Positions 10,259 through 21,422 of a DNA stretch of 64,000 bases are shown here, one piece after another (position 1 is the first letter of the stretch; each line of letters starts with the position of its first letter). Under the pieces are notes generated by a model. That model did not search any database and was not told the DNA's origin. It worked only from the letters and a program-made list of their open reading frames with translations. The DNA comes from an uncultured delta proteobacterium (GTDB lineage Bacteria; Desulfobacterota; RBG-13-43-22). The position numbers were made by a program, and so were the translations under genes. The stretch lies in assembly GCA_963790475.1 (NCBI GenBank), contig CAWBOS010000015.1, positions 64,001 through 128,000 on the forward strand, in the 5' to 3' direction.

Positions 10259-11362
10259 TCATACCGTATGGGATTCATTTTCCGTATCCTTCAGACACGG
10301 TATCAGATTGTCCTGAAAACACCAATGCAGCGTTCCCGGCAGCAGTGCGTAATCATGGCTTTTCTTGATAAGGTCCGTGAAGTCCACACCGTTATAGGTA
10401 TTCCAGAACAGTAAGGGGGCGCTTTTCATTTCCGGGTGCCTTTTTATGAAATCAAGCATGGCCGCCATCGTTTTGGCCGTATAAGTGAGGTCCAACCTGA
10501 TGCCTTCGGTCTGTTCCACCAGGCCCAGGGCCTGCTCCCCTTCCCGGGTAATGGCCCCGTATTCCTCTCCGAAGAAATCATGGGTGACCAGTAGATCATC
10601 CATCGTGAATTTGAGCGGGGCCACGTCCTTATCATACTTCCTCATGAGGGATACTAGGCGATTAGCCAGGCGCACGGTTTTTTGTGGATCTGTGACCCAT
10701 TCCATGGCAACGCGCACGCCGTACACCCTGGTCTTCATACCCGACAACCTGGTACCCAGCATAAGTCCGGCCAGCGTACCCTTGGAACCAAGCGGGCAGA
10801 AGATATATTCCGGCTCGGGCAGCAGTCCATCGTCTATTTGCTTCTTTAGCTCGAGCGCGGCATTGACATAGCCGAGGCTTCCCAACGTCGACGAGCCGCC
10901 GGGAGGTATGAAATACACGTTCCCATGCCTCAGATAAATACCGGCTGTTTGCAGGCCTCCTATAATATTATTCGGCGCATAGTGTATCTCCGCCCCGAAA
11001 TGGTGATCGAGGAGAAGGTTCTCCTGCACGTGGTCGGTCAACGGCTGGCGGATGAGCACCAGGGCCGTCTTCAGGCCCAGCCGCCGGGCATGGATGGTGG
11101 TGGCGAGTCCGTGATTAGTGCCGATTCCCCCGTAAGTAATGACCCATTTACAGCTTCGACGCCGGGCATCCGCCAGTATGAATTCCAGTTTGCGTGCCTT
11201 GTTACCGCCGTAGAGGTCGGACGACCTATCGTCGCACTTGATCCAGAGATTGTTGTGGCCAATAATTTTTCCCAGATTATCCAGTCTCGCAACAGGTGTA
11301 GGCAAGGTGGCTAAAGACACCCAGGGCACATGCTTTTCAAGCCCGCCGTACTTTTCAAACAA
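10259..11362 (-). CDS. PLP-dependent D-cysteine desulfhydrase / ACC deaminase family enzyme
   Basis: LPTPV, IKCDD, YGGNKARKLE (PLP lysine), TNHG, PPGGS, LDLTYTAK. Start uncertain. Confidence 0.9.
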   Translation of the reverse strand: MFEKYGGLEKHVPWVSLATLPTPVARLDNLGKIIGHNNLWIKCDDRSSDLYGGNKARKLEFILADARRRSCKWVITYGGIGTNHGLATTIHARRLGLKTALVLIRQPLTDHVQENLLLDHHFGAEIHYAPNNIIGGLQTAGIYLRHGNVYFIPPGGSSTLGSLGYVNAALELKKQIDDGLLPEPEYIFCPLGSKGTLAGLMLGTRLSGMKTRVYGVRVAMEWVTDPQKTVRLANRLVSLMRKYDKDVAPLKFTMDDLLVTHDFFGEEYGAITREGEQALGLVEQTEGIRLDLTYTAKTMAAMLDFIKRHPEMKSAPLLFWNTYNGVDFTDLIKKSHDYALLPGTLHWCFQDNLIPCLKDTENESHTV

Positions 11363-11813
11363 AGGTAATTTCAGAGTCTTACTCCCGAAATTTCATCATT
11401 ATGTAGATTACCTATCAGCCATATTTAATGGTTATCCTGCCAGGCATCATACGGTGAGTTTTTCTTATACTCGACCAGCGTGGCATCGGTCAACTTGGTA
11501 AGGTTGGCTGCAGGCGATGCTGGAAGACAGGTTACCATACTGATCCGGCCTTTGTATGGGTCAAATTATACATGTTTTTGGGATTAGCAAATAGTGGGAT
11601 TTATGCTTCAAATGGGATCATTCTTTTGAATGTGTTTTCCCCAAATTACCCTGTAAACTCTTCCATTTTTTGGTTTATAGCCCATTGCCGGGTACAAAGA
11701 AGAATTGTATGAAAAGAGGGGACTCTATTTCAAATAAATTCTATTCTGGCTAAGAAATAATAAAGTATCTCCCCATTAATATCACATAATTGATAAAAAA
11801 ATTCGGCCAATAA

Positions 11814-13118
11814 TCAGTCTTTTTTCTCTCCAACCAGATGTTTGGAAAGTCGCTTACCCAGCCCGATGATGGTATTTGTGGGTGGCAATCCCCATGCTTC
11901 CGGTATAACGGAGCAATCGCAAACATAAAGGTTATCATACTCGGTTTTTAGATTCGAATCGACAATATCTCCGACTTTCGCGGAACCTCCTGGATGGGAA
12001 GCCAGGTAACTTGTTTTAAATATCCCTTTCGCTCCCGCATTTTTCAGTATCTCTTTGGCTCGTTCATATCCTCGATCGAGTTTCCGCTTTTCTTTTTTAT
12101 CCAGGATCTTTCTAACACCTCCACTGTCCGTTAGACTGCCTCCCAGCTCATCTTTGGCTTTAATCATGATCTGGAGTGTTCTTTCCCGTGAAAAAACCTT
12201 ATCCGGTCTGAAGGCAACGGCTGCCAATGCCGCTGATGTTGCAAAGGGATGGGACATGTCCGTCATCATGTAGCCTTCGTCTTCCAGGTGAATCCCGCAT
12301 GACATCGGGATTTCACTTAATGGCACCTCCAGGTCTTTAATAGATCCCCGGACACCAATCAAGGGGTCGAAAAAGAAATTATAACCCGCTCCTTTGATAC
12401 CGCTGGCTCGCAGGATAACAGGCGAACCAATGCCTCCGGCAGATATTACTATAGTAGGGGCAAATACCTTAAAAATCTTTCCCTTTTTTCTATATTCAAC
12501 GCCAACAGCACTTTTTCCTTCAAAAATCACTTTTGTGACTTTGGCCCTCTCGATCAACACTCCACCATGAGCGAGGGCCTCGTCTATGTACATTCTTGCG
12601 CTCCATTTCACACCATATGGATCTCCAAAATGGCCAAAGGGAAAATCCCGATTCCAGCGGTCCTGGTACATAAATTTATCCAGCTTACGCCAGCTATAAC
12701 CAAGATCCTGAGCGCTCTCCATAATCCGTCTCGACATCGGGCCTATCATTTCGTCTTTAAGCGGTGCTACCGGAAGTTCATTCCGAATTTCTTCAGCTTC
12801 CGTTGTCAGGTCAATACCATGGCGCTTGAGCATCTCGAAGGGCACAGGAAAACACGTTGCATAGTAATAAACGGTGCTTCCTCCTGTTGTGATACCCCTC
12901 ACCACTCCCAGTAACTGTCTGGTTAAAAGCATACCCTTCCCCGGAAAAAGTAAAGTCTTGGCCCCATACCAGAAACTGCCTGTTAAGGGATTGTTATCCC
13001 CCCACTCTAAAATGAGCACCTTCTTTTTTCTCAAGGTCAATTCTTTGGCGACTGTAGCTCCACCTGGTCCAGAGCCCACGATAATGAACTCGGTATCTGT
13101 TTCTCTTCCTTTGTTCAT
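11814..13118 (-). CDS. GMC family FAD oxidoreductase
   Basis: IIVGSGPGGA, TGGST, ISAGGIGSP, SHPGG, NLYVCDCSVIP..GLPP. Confidence 0.9.
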   Translation of the reverse strand: MNKGRETDTEFIIVGSGPGGATVAKELTLRKKKVLILEWGDNNPLTGSFWYGAKTLLFPGKGMLLTRQLLGVVRGITTGGSTVYYYATCFPVPFEMLKRHGIDLTTEAEEIRNELPVAPLKDEMIGPMSRRIMESAQDLGYSWRKLDKFMYQDRWNRDFPFGHFGDPYGVKWSARMYIDEALAHGGVLIERAKVTKVIFEGKSAVGVEYRKKGKIFKVFAPTIVISAGGIGSPVILRASGIKGAGYNFFFDPLIGVRGSIKDLEVPLSEIPMSCGIHLEDEGYMMTDMSHPFATSAALAAVAFRPDKVFSRERTLQIMIKAKDELGGSLTDSGGVRKILDKKEKRKLDRGYERAKEILKNAGAKGIFKTSYLASHPGGSAKVGDIVDSNLKTEYDNLYVCDCSVIPEAWGLPPTNTIIGLGKRLSKHLVGEKKD

Positions 13119-13639
13119 CTTCCCTCTCCGCTATAAAGTTATCCAAAAATAAAAAAACCTCACTACTCAGCTGAGAAATGGGGTTCTTTGAATCTTCATC
13201 CGATAACCTCTTTAAAAGGCCCAACGCAAAAAAAGCTCCGATATTTGAAAGAATATTATTTTTATTGGAACAATGTCAAGACCTATAGCTCTGACCGCCT
13301 TCTGCTAAAGATTATCGATGAAGCCTTGTGTTTTCCCGGAAAAGCAATGTGAAAAATTTCAGGAGAGAACTATTTTATTTTCCTTGAAAATTTGTCTTTA
13401 CAAGTTTTTTGCTTGAGCAAGTATTTTGCTTGCTGATTACTATTTGAACTTACTCGACCATCCCGACAAAAAAAGAAATGGCTCAGAACGTCATTTCAAT
13501 AGATGGATAAGGATTGAGGTCCTCCTGATTTTATTTTTGACGAAGCCCCCTGGAGTAGAGTAGGTGTCAAGCTTGTTGCGGTTTATGGTCAAGATGGATT
13601 TCAGAGCCCGGCCATCGAGAGCCTGCCAATTTGGAATTT

Positions 13640-15055
13640 CTACTCTCCATGTCCCGTTATCTCCCTCGTCCGTTCTTTCCAGTTAACTCCCTTTTTTTTC
13701 AGCCAGTTCACTCGCAGGAAATAATAGATGGTATAGAGTAGAGTGAGTCCGATCAGGAGCCCAAGTATCAAGGCCGTATTCTTATAGTCCAGCATTACTA
13801 GCACGACAAAAGGAAGGCTGGTGACGGCAGTAATTATGGCCAGGATAATAAGCCAGATCCTGGGGATCCGGATGTAGGCCCTATTGTATTCTGCAAGGTA
13901 CCTGGTGGGCAGGTTGATAACTGCAAATGCGCTTATGACGGTCATGAGAAGGATGCCAACTGCAGCCATGACGCCATAGAAATCTAGATCTATATTTATA
14001 AATTGAAGAAAAAGCAAGATAAATACAATTAAGAAGTAAAGACCGATGGCGCGCAAAGGTGTTAGTGTCCTTGGGCTGACCTTACCGATACCTGATGGCA
14101 GCAGGTCATCGCGCGCCTGAGACAGTATTTCACGCGGTAACGCTATTGCGCCGGCATTGAGGGCGGTCAACGCTGCAAAAAACGCTCCGAAACCAAGAAA
14201 GGCTACCAATCCCTCGGGCAAAAATGTCCTGGCCGAGTCCAGGAGAGGGGCTTTCATTTTCATCAAGGCTTCATAGTTATATGGCATTGAACCTGTGAAG
14301 ACTACCCCGACAAAAATATAGATAACCAACACGATTATTCCGCCAATGACCATTGCCAGCGGTATGTTCCGTTTCGGGTTTTTCATTTCCTCGCCCATTT
14401 CGGCAATAACCTGGAAGCCCATGCAGGCGCTATAACACAGGACCACCGCCAGCACCATTCCGCTTATACCCTTAGGGGAGAAGAAAGATAGTTGGATTGG
14501 GTGGGTTACCACGAATAGGCCGGCTGCGATAAATAGAACGAGGGCGAGAACCTTGAGGATGACCATGATTATTTGCACCCAGTTGGCAAGTTGAAGCTTA
14601 AAAAGGTAAAGCCCCATAAACAGGACGGGGATTATAAGCGACAGAATCTTAATTTCTAATGCCTTATCGATGTCCCAAGCCCAGTAAGCTGCCACATTGC
14701 CGGCGAAGCCGATACAAACAAAGCATGTCGAGCACGCACCGCCAACAATGGCCCATAATGAGGTAATGCTTCCCCAATAAGGATTGGAAAGTCGGCTGGT
14801 AGCGAGGTAGGCCAAACCGGCTCGCGGTATGGCACTAGCCCCTTGGATTATCGGAATCACCCCTACGGCAGAGATAATGATTGCAATCGTGAACGCCAGC
14901 CACATGGCGTTGCCCGCATTGGCTGTAATCGGGGCTAGCAATGCATATATACCCATGCCGATGATACTGCCCACGACAAGGGCTATTCCTCCACCCAGGC
15001 CGAAAGCCCTGCCGAGTTTGACTTCCCGGGAATGTCCGGATTTGACTTGTGCCAT
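13640..15055 (-). CDS. APC family amino acid permease
   Basis: GSIIGMGIY, GEEMKNPKRNIP, ARDDLLP; about 12 TM segments. Confidence 0.9.
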   Translation of the reverse strand: MAQVKSGHSREVKLGRAFGLGGGIALVVGSIIGMGIYALLAPITANAGNAMWLAFTIAIIISAVGVIPIIQGASAIPRAGLAYLATSRLSNPYWGSITSLWAIVGGACSTCFVCIGFAGNVAAYWAWDIDKALEIKILSLIIPVLFMGLYLFKLQLANWVQIIMVILKVLALVLFIAAGLFVVTHPIQLSFFSPKGISGMVLAVVLCYSACMGFQVIAEMGEEMKNPKRNIPLAMVIGGIIVLVIYIFVGVVFTGSMPYNYEALMKMKAPLLDSARTFLPEGLVAFLGFGAFFAALTALNAGAIALPREILSQARDDLLPSGIGKVSPRTLTPLRAIGLYFLIVFILLFLQFINIDLDFYGVMAAVGILLMTVISAFAVINLPTRYLAEYNRAYIRIPRIWLIILAIITAVTSLPFVVLVMLDYKNTALILGLLIGLTLLYTIYYFLRVNWLKKKGVNWKERTREITGHGE

Positions 15056-15286
15056 GTTATTTCAGTACTCCTTATTTAATATCGAGATTAATTAAATATT
15101 TAGTGAGCAAAAATCTTGGCGGCTTTCTCTTAACCTACTTAATTCTTAATGATATTTCGACCTTTATTGAATACACCTACAAGTCTTTCACCGAGCATAT
15201 CATGAAAAATGAGTATTTCCAATTGAACTAAACAAGACATTAATGGTTAGGTCAAACATAGGGGCTTTTTTGTTTTAACAATTCAA

Positions 15287-15420
15287 GTTGATCCACGGAT
15301 GTGCCCCCACTGCCAGAAGGTGATGCAGATCATCATAATTATTGAGGACCAGGAACCTATCGAGAGCCTCAAGGTCGAACGAGTGATCGACAAGATTTTA
15401 GGGCATTGGGTATTGGTCCC
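15287..15420 (+). pseudogene. C-terminal remnant of an IS91-like transposase
   Basis: Manual translation VDPRMCPHCQKVMQIIIIIEDQEPIESLKVERVIDKILGH resembles the VDPLxCPxCxxxMxIIxxIExxxVIxKILxH tail of IS91-family transposases; no N-terminal part. Confidence 0.65.
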
Positions 15421-15629
15421 TAAAAAGGTTGGTTAACAAATATCGTTTGTGCTATGTCGTTTTTCCAATAATCTAATTTTTTATGTTTCAGGAAGGAATT
15501 GCCGAGAAATACTTAATCTGGTGGCTGGCTTTTAAGCTCCCAGTAATCGGTAATGTCACAAAAAAGGTGGGATCGAAAATGTCAACCCCACCTTTTTTAA
15601 TGAATTTGAATAAACTATTTTTAAAAAAA

Positions 15630-16049
15630 TTAGAATTCAAATCGGAATCTAAAACCGCCAAACCATTCTTTTTTGCTGTCAGGTTGGGTGATATAGCCGC
15701 CTGGTAATTTTTCCAATTCATAATGAGCAAACATCGAGGCCACATAAAAAAAATCGGTAATCTTATAATCGATGCTGGCACCGTGCATTATCCGGGAACT
15801 GGCGTCGTTTCCTGAATTCCACTCATTTCGGTTTTTGGCACTATCATAATTAAAATGGATACGGGAGGTTATCGTGCGAAAAGTGAAGGTTAAATCGTCA
15901 AATTGATGTAGTTTTCCTACAGGATTCTCAAAAAAGGGAAGGTCCTTAGGAAGCCCCGTATGGAGAATCAAGTCGTTTCCTTGGACGTTCCCGGCTACGA
16001 AAATTGCCCCCCAAAACAAAAACATTATGAATAACTTCGATAATTTCAT
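15630..16049 (-). CDS. Hypothetical exported protein, possible small outer-membrane protein
   Basis: Signal-peptide-like N-terminus and alternating C-terminus ending in Phe (GGFRFRFEF). Confidence 0.6.
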   Translation of the reverse strand: MKLSKLFIMFLFWGAIFVAGNVQGNDLILHTGLPKDLPFFENPVGKLHQFDDLTFTFRTITSRIHFNYDSAKNRNEWNSGNDASSRIMHGASIDYKITDFFYVASMFAHYELEKLPGGYITQPDSKKEWFGGFRFRFEF

Positions 16050-16484
16050 TGGTTTCGCCTACTTAATACTTAAAATAATTAATTCATGAATTTCAATACG
16101 TAGAAATTTTTTCCTAAAGGTATAGACACTCTTAAGATTGATTAAATTAAATCCCCTATCCTCTTTTTTTCTCACCTTGACCACTCATCATCTTCGATTA
16201 TGGCCAGAGCTTCCGGGTTATAAAGCAGCGGGCCTTTGAATGGACCACATTATTCACGGGTTTGGGAAATGTAAATAGGAAGTTTTCCAATAAATGGAAT
16301 CCTTAATCGGGGGGATACTTAAACGGTTTGAATTTGAAATAGTTCAAAATAGGTAAGAGGCCAAAAACAAGTGTACAGGAAGACCTTTCCGAATGGATTA
16401 TCCAATACATCTGGCCTTTAACCGCCAAATCTGCTGTCCCCCTAAAGCCGTCTCCCCCCCCTTAGTTAAGATCATTGATTCTGA

Positions 16485-16505
16485 TGTCAAATAGACGGTC
16501 TATTT
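16485..16505 (-). promoter_or_regulatory. Palindromic operator abutting a TTGACA box
   Basis: AAATAGAC-G-GTCTATTT at 16489-16505 overlaps minus-strand TTGACA at 16485-16490. Confidence 0.45.
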
Positions 16506-17050
16506 ATCACTTCCCTAAACCAAAGCCTCCGGACTTCACATAGAAGCCAAAAATTGATCTCCCATTTTTTCCCCCCAAGTTTTGGCCATATCTGACAAGC
16601 CCCCATGGTAGGATATTACCTGATTATTCCGAAGGCTTAATAACGAGGCAGTTGGCTGGCAATGGCCATCGCCCAGGAACCCGGGGATTTACTTAGGCCC
16701 GGGCTGCGGACATACCAGTGTCTATAGTTGAAAAAGATGGGGCCCGGCCAGGCGCGGGCCGCGAAGATACCGGTGGGTATAGCAGAAAAGGATGCGGCCC
16801 GGGAGGTCACCCGAACGCGGGGAGATGCATAGGATGGACCTGAAGATAGTTGAAAAAATCCTTGAAAAATTATGTGTATTATGAAAATCCAAGGGAAAGA
16901 GGATATTTCACCTGGATATCATTAACTCCTTCCTTCTCAGCTCCATTTGGGGGTATCAGTTTTGCTTTCGGGGTACTTTAGCTCTATTTCTACCCCCAAT
17001 ACCCTGGATGTCAATGGATTTTATCGGACGCTATGAAGCAATAGGCAATA

Positions 17051-17077
17051 AAAAACCCGCTATTTAAGCGGGTTTTT
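17051..17077. terminator. Intrinsic terminator downstream of tRNA-Met
   Basis: AAAAACCCGCT-ATTTA-AGCGGGTTTTT hairpin with A/T tails. Confidence 0.85.
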
Positions 17078-17108
17078 GTACTTCTTGGGATTGTGTTGGA
17101 CTGTCAAA

Positions 17109-17185
17109 TGGTGGCGGTGCAGGGAGTTGAACCCCGGACACTGCGGATATGAGCCGCATGCTCTGACCACCTGAGCTACACCGCC
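17109..17185 (-). tRNA. tRNA-Met (CAT), probably elongator
   Basis: GGCGGTGTAGCTCAGGTGGTCAGAGCATGCGGCTCATATCCGCAGTGTCCGGGGTTCAACTCCCTGCACCGCCACCA; cloverleaf, paired 1-72, encoded CCA. Confidence 0.95.
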
Positions 17186-17194
17186 ACATGGACC

Positions 17195-18899
17195 CTATTT
17201 GGGGCTGGGTTTAACCTCTCCCAAATCATAACAATATAATACACTCCGGCCATCGGAAATAAAGGTCAGTCCGGTGGATTGGACAATCCCCACCACTAGT
17301 TGTTTCTGGCCGTTATTTTTAAAATCAGCAACGCCGTAATTGGCTATATAGTCGCTGATCGTCGGTGTCCTCCAGTTTTCTTTCATGGTTCCCCCATCCC
17401 AGGAGAGAGAAAAGATTTCGCCGCTGGTATAGGCGCGGTATTGGGACAGAAAGTTTAAAAACGACCCTTTGTTTTTATTCAGGATGATTTCCTTTTTCCC
17501 TGGGGTTGATAGGGAAGTGACCACCAAACGGGACGGGATAACGGCCCGGCTTTTTTCTTCATCTCTCTCCTTCAGAGGGTTGAGATCGTCAGTTTCCTGG
17601 ACGAGGTTGACGGTCCCCCCATAAGAGTCGCTGCTGGAATATTTCGCCTTGCCTTTTTCCGACAAAACCATCAATCGGTTTGAGGAATTCAGGTGAAGTA
17701 TTTCCTGAGAACCGTCCTTATCGTTTCCCAGAAAAACAAAATCAAAGACTGTTAAGCCCTCGGGGACTTTCAACCGTTCAACCGAAATATACTTTCCATC
17801 TTTCCAGGAAAGGACAACAATTTTAGAATCAAAGAGTTGCTCGCCATACTTTTGTTGGCCTAAAAGGACCAGCCCCCTTCCGGGCAATTGATGAACGCGA
17901 AGATAATAGGGGATATTTTGGGCAATTGTTTTATATTCTCCCCCAGACCAGGAAAGGGATAGAGATCTTAACCCGTCATCCTCGAAAATTGGTAACGAAA
18001 ATCTGAGGATGACCGGTTCCGTTAATATCGGCCACGTCAACACTGATGTAATTATCCCAAAGCCCTCCGGGAATCTCTTTGATCAACTGGAATTTGTCTT
18101 GGAGGTTACGATAGATATAGATTCGGTTCTTGCTGATCAAGACCGTTTCTATTTTGCCGTCACCGTCTAAATCCCCAAAGGCCATATCTATCATGGCGAA
18201 GGGCAGGATCGTACTTCGCCACACCCCGGCCATATCAAAACCGCCGGCATTGATAATGATCTGCGGTGAAAGGGGATTGATGGTGTATCCCTTGAGTGAT
18301 AGAGGTCCCTTCCCCGCGGGGGGAGTTTCACCGGAGGGCTCCGGACTCTTGGTTTGAGGGGCTGTGGCTATTGCCCCCGCGGCCGGGGTCGTCCGGGCAC
18401 GATCAAACACTTTCTCATTAATCATGTCCGACAATTCGCCAACCCGGATAATGACCTCATCGATCCCCTTGGCTTGGGCATAGAATTTTTTCACGGGTTG
18501 ACGAAGGGTAATATTCACCAGGTTAACGTCCAGACTTACACTGGTCCCCAATACATTGATACTGCCCCAAAGGACTACATCGGCGCCCAATTGTTTTCCC
18601 ATCTCAACCGCCCGGGATTCATCCACTGGTCCTGACATCTTTTCTCTGACCTTCTGAATTTGGGCGTTGTCTAAAACCACGACCTTGTCTTCCCAGCTCA
18701 GACGGGAGGCGAACATGTCTTGAACCCCTTCCCTTAAATAGTCCATCCGTTCCGAGGCGTTGATAACAAAAGGAAAAACGGCTACCCGTTTTATTTCTCC
18801 CGCCCAGGACGGGGCAGCCAGAAATAAATTGAGGATCAAAAAAATTCCCCATAGACCTTTGAGGCAGGAAAAAGGCGCACTATTTTGATTCATAATCAA
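17195..18899 (-). CDS. Exported FG-GAP/VCBS-repeat protein with TolB-N/CsgG-like N-terminal domain (one frameshift near 17980)
   Basis: Signal peptide, RVAVFPF, GDLDGDGKIE, ADINGTG, ADFKNNGQKQLVV. Two overlapping ORFs join with a 1-nt shift. Confidence 0.8.
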
Positions 18900-18918
18900 T
18901 TCTCCTTTAATTTAAAGG

Positions 18919-18947
18919 AAAATAGCACGCCCTTTTGATTCTGTCAA
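18919..18947 (-). promoter_or_regulatory. Sigma70-type promoter for the VCBS gene/tRNA unit
   Basis: TTGACA-17 nt-TATTTT with extended TG. Confidence 0.55.
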
Positions 18948-18963
18948 CCCTGTAGTGGCTCTT

Positions 18964-19273
18964 GCCCCCCTTCACTTTACCCAAACTAGTCCTTTTTATT
19001 CTCTTTTTAATGACGAGGCCAGGGGGTTTATTTGGGTTGCCAACCCAATTCCTCAGAGTACCTTCATGGTAAACCTCTTTCGAGATACTCTTTAAGGCAG
19101 GCCAAAGGGGAAAATTCTCCAGTAGAACCAAAGCTTGTTATTTTCCTCAAAATGTATTTAATACTAAGGGCCGCAAAAAAAGCGGCGGATTACCTTTTGG
19201 ACAACCCTGAATAAAACCCCCTGGCCTCGCGGACAACAGCGCAACAGCGGCATCAGTTAAAAGTGAAGGGGGC
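18964..19273. repeat. Nested inverted repeats in a divergent intergenic region
   Basis: GCCCCCCTTCACTTTA (18964) pairs with TAAAAGTGAAGGGGGC (to 19273); CGAGGCCAGGGGGTTTATTTGGGTTGCCAA (19014) pairs with TTGGACAACCCTGAATAAAACCCCCTGGCCTCG (19197-19229). Confidence 0.75.
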
Positions 19274-19300
19274 TAAGCATCGTGGCTGCAAAACCAGTCC

Positions 19301-19329
19301 TTGACTTTGTTTATGGTTTCTTTCATACT
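19301..19329 (+). promoter_or_regulatory. Sigma70-type promoter for hypothetical-queD
   Basis: TTGACT-17 nt-CATACT. Confidence 0.5.
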
Positions 19330-19385
19330 ATTTCTCGTGGCAATAACTTGAGTTAATTTCAGGATAAAGGGGAATTTTATCGACC

Positions 19386-19595
19386 ATGGATCCGGGACTC
19401 TTAAAACAAATCAATCAGCGGGTTCAAGAAGAACTCCTGAAAAAAGAGATTGAGGTGGTCCAATATAGTCTGACCGAATTGGAACGCCTGATAGAAAAAC
19501 GCCATCAGGACATGGCCAGTTTGCAGGTGGATTTAAAAGGCCTGGCCCAGAAATTCCAAAATCGCCTTAAAATTTTAAAAACTTCGGGGATATAA
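19386..19595 (+). CDS. Small coiled-coil hypothetical protein
   Basis: 69-aa helical ORF with RBS, 6 nt upstream of queD. Confidence 0.7.
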   Translation: MDPGLLKQINQRVQEELLKKEIEVVQYSLTELERLIEKRHQDMASLQVDLKGLAQKFQNRLKILKTSGI

Positions 19596-19601
19596 AATTA
19601 G

Positions 19602-19973
19602 ATGTTTGAACTGAAAATCATCACCCAGTTCGCCGCCGCCCATCGCTTACTCAATTTTCAGGGAAAATGCGAACAGCTCCATGGTCACAACTGGAAAGTG
19701 GAGGTCTTTCTCCGGGCCGCCCGGTTGGATTCCGCCGGTTTGGTGCGGGACTTCGGAGAAATTAAAACCATTACTCATGAAGTGTTGAATGGGTTAGACC
19801 ACCAGTATTTAAACGAACTTTTCCCTTTTAAAGAAGAAAATCCTTCTTCGGAACACATAGCCCGCTATCTCTTTCATGAATTAAGCCGCCGCCTCAACGA
19901 TGATCGGGCACAGGTGAGCAAAATTTCTGTTTGGGAATCGGATTCTGCCTGTGCGACCTATTGGGGGGAATAA
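19602..19973 (+). CDS. queD: 6-carboxytetrahydropterin synthase
   Basis: FAAAH, CEQLHGHNWKV, LDHQYLN, NPSSE, VWES. Confidence 0.95.
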   Translation: MFELKIITQFAAAHRLLNFQGKCEQLHGHNWKVEVFLRAARLDSAGLVRDFGEIKTITHEVLNGLDHQYLNELFPFKEENPSSEHIARYLFHELSRRLNDDRAQVSKISVWESDSACATYWGE

Positions 19974-20089
19974 AAATAGCTGATAGCTTGTAGCTCAAAG
20001 CTCATAGTAATAATTATTTTTTTTAAATTGTTACCAAGCAAAAAGAGAAAATTTTTTGGCTTTCCTTTGAGCTTTGAGCTATCAGCTAT

Positions 20090-20091
<2 letters not shown>
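19974..20091. repeat. Inverted arrays of AGCTnnn heptamers between convergent queD and serS
   Basis: Left AGCTGAT AGCTTGT AGCTCAA AGCTCAT; right arm is the reverse complement of AGCTGAT AGCTCAA AGCTCAA. Confidence 0.75.
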
Positions 20092-21409
<1,318 letters not shown>

Positions 21410-21422
21410 TCAGTCAATCATT

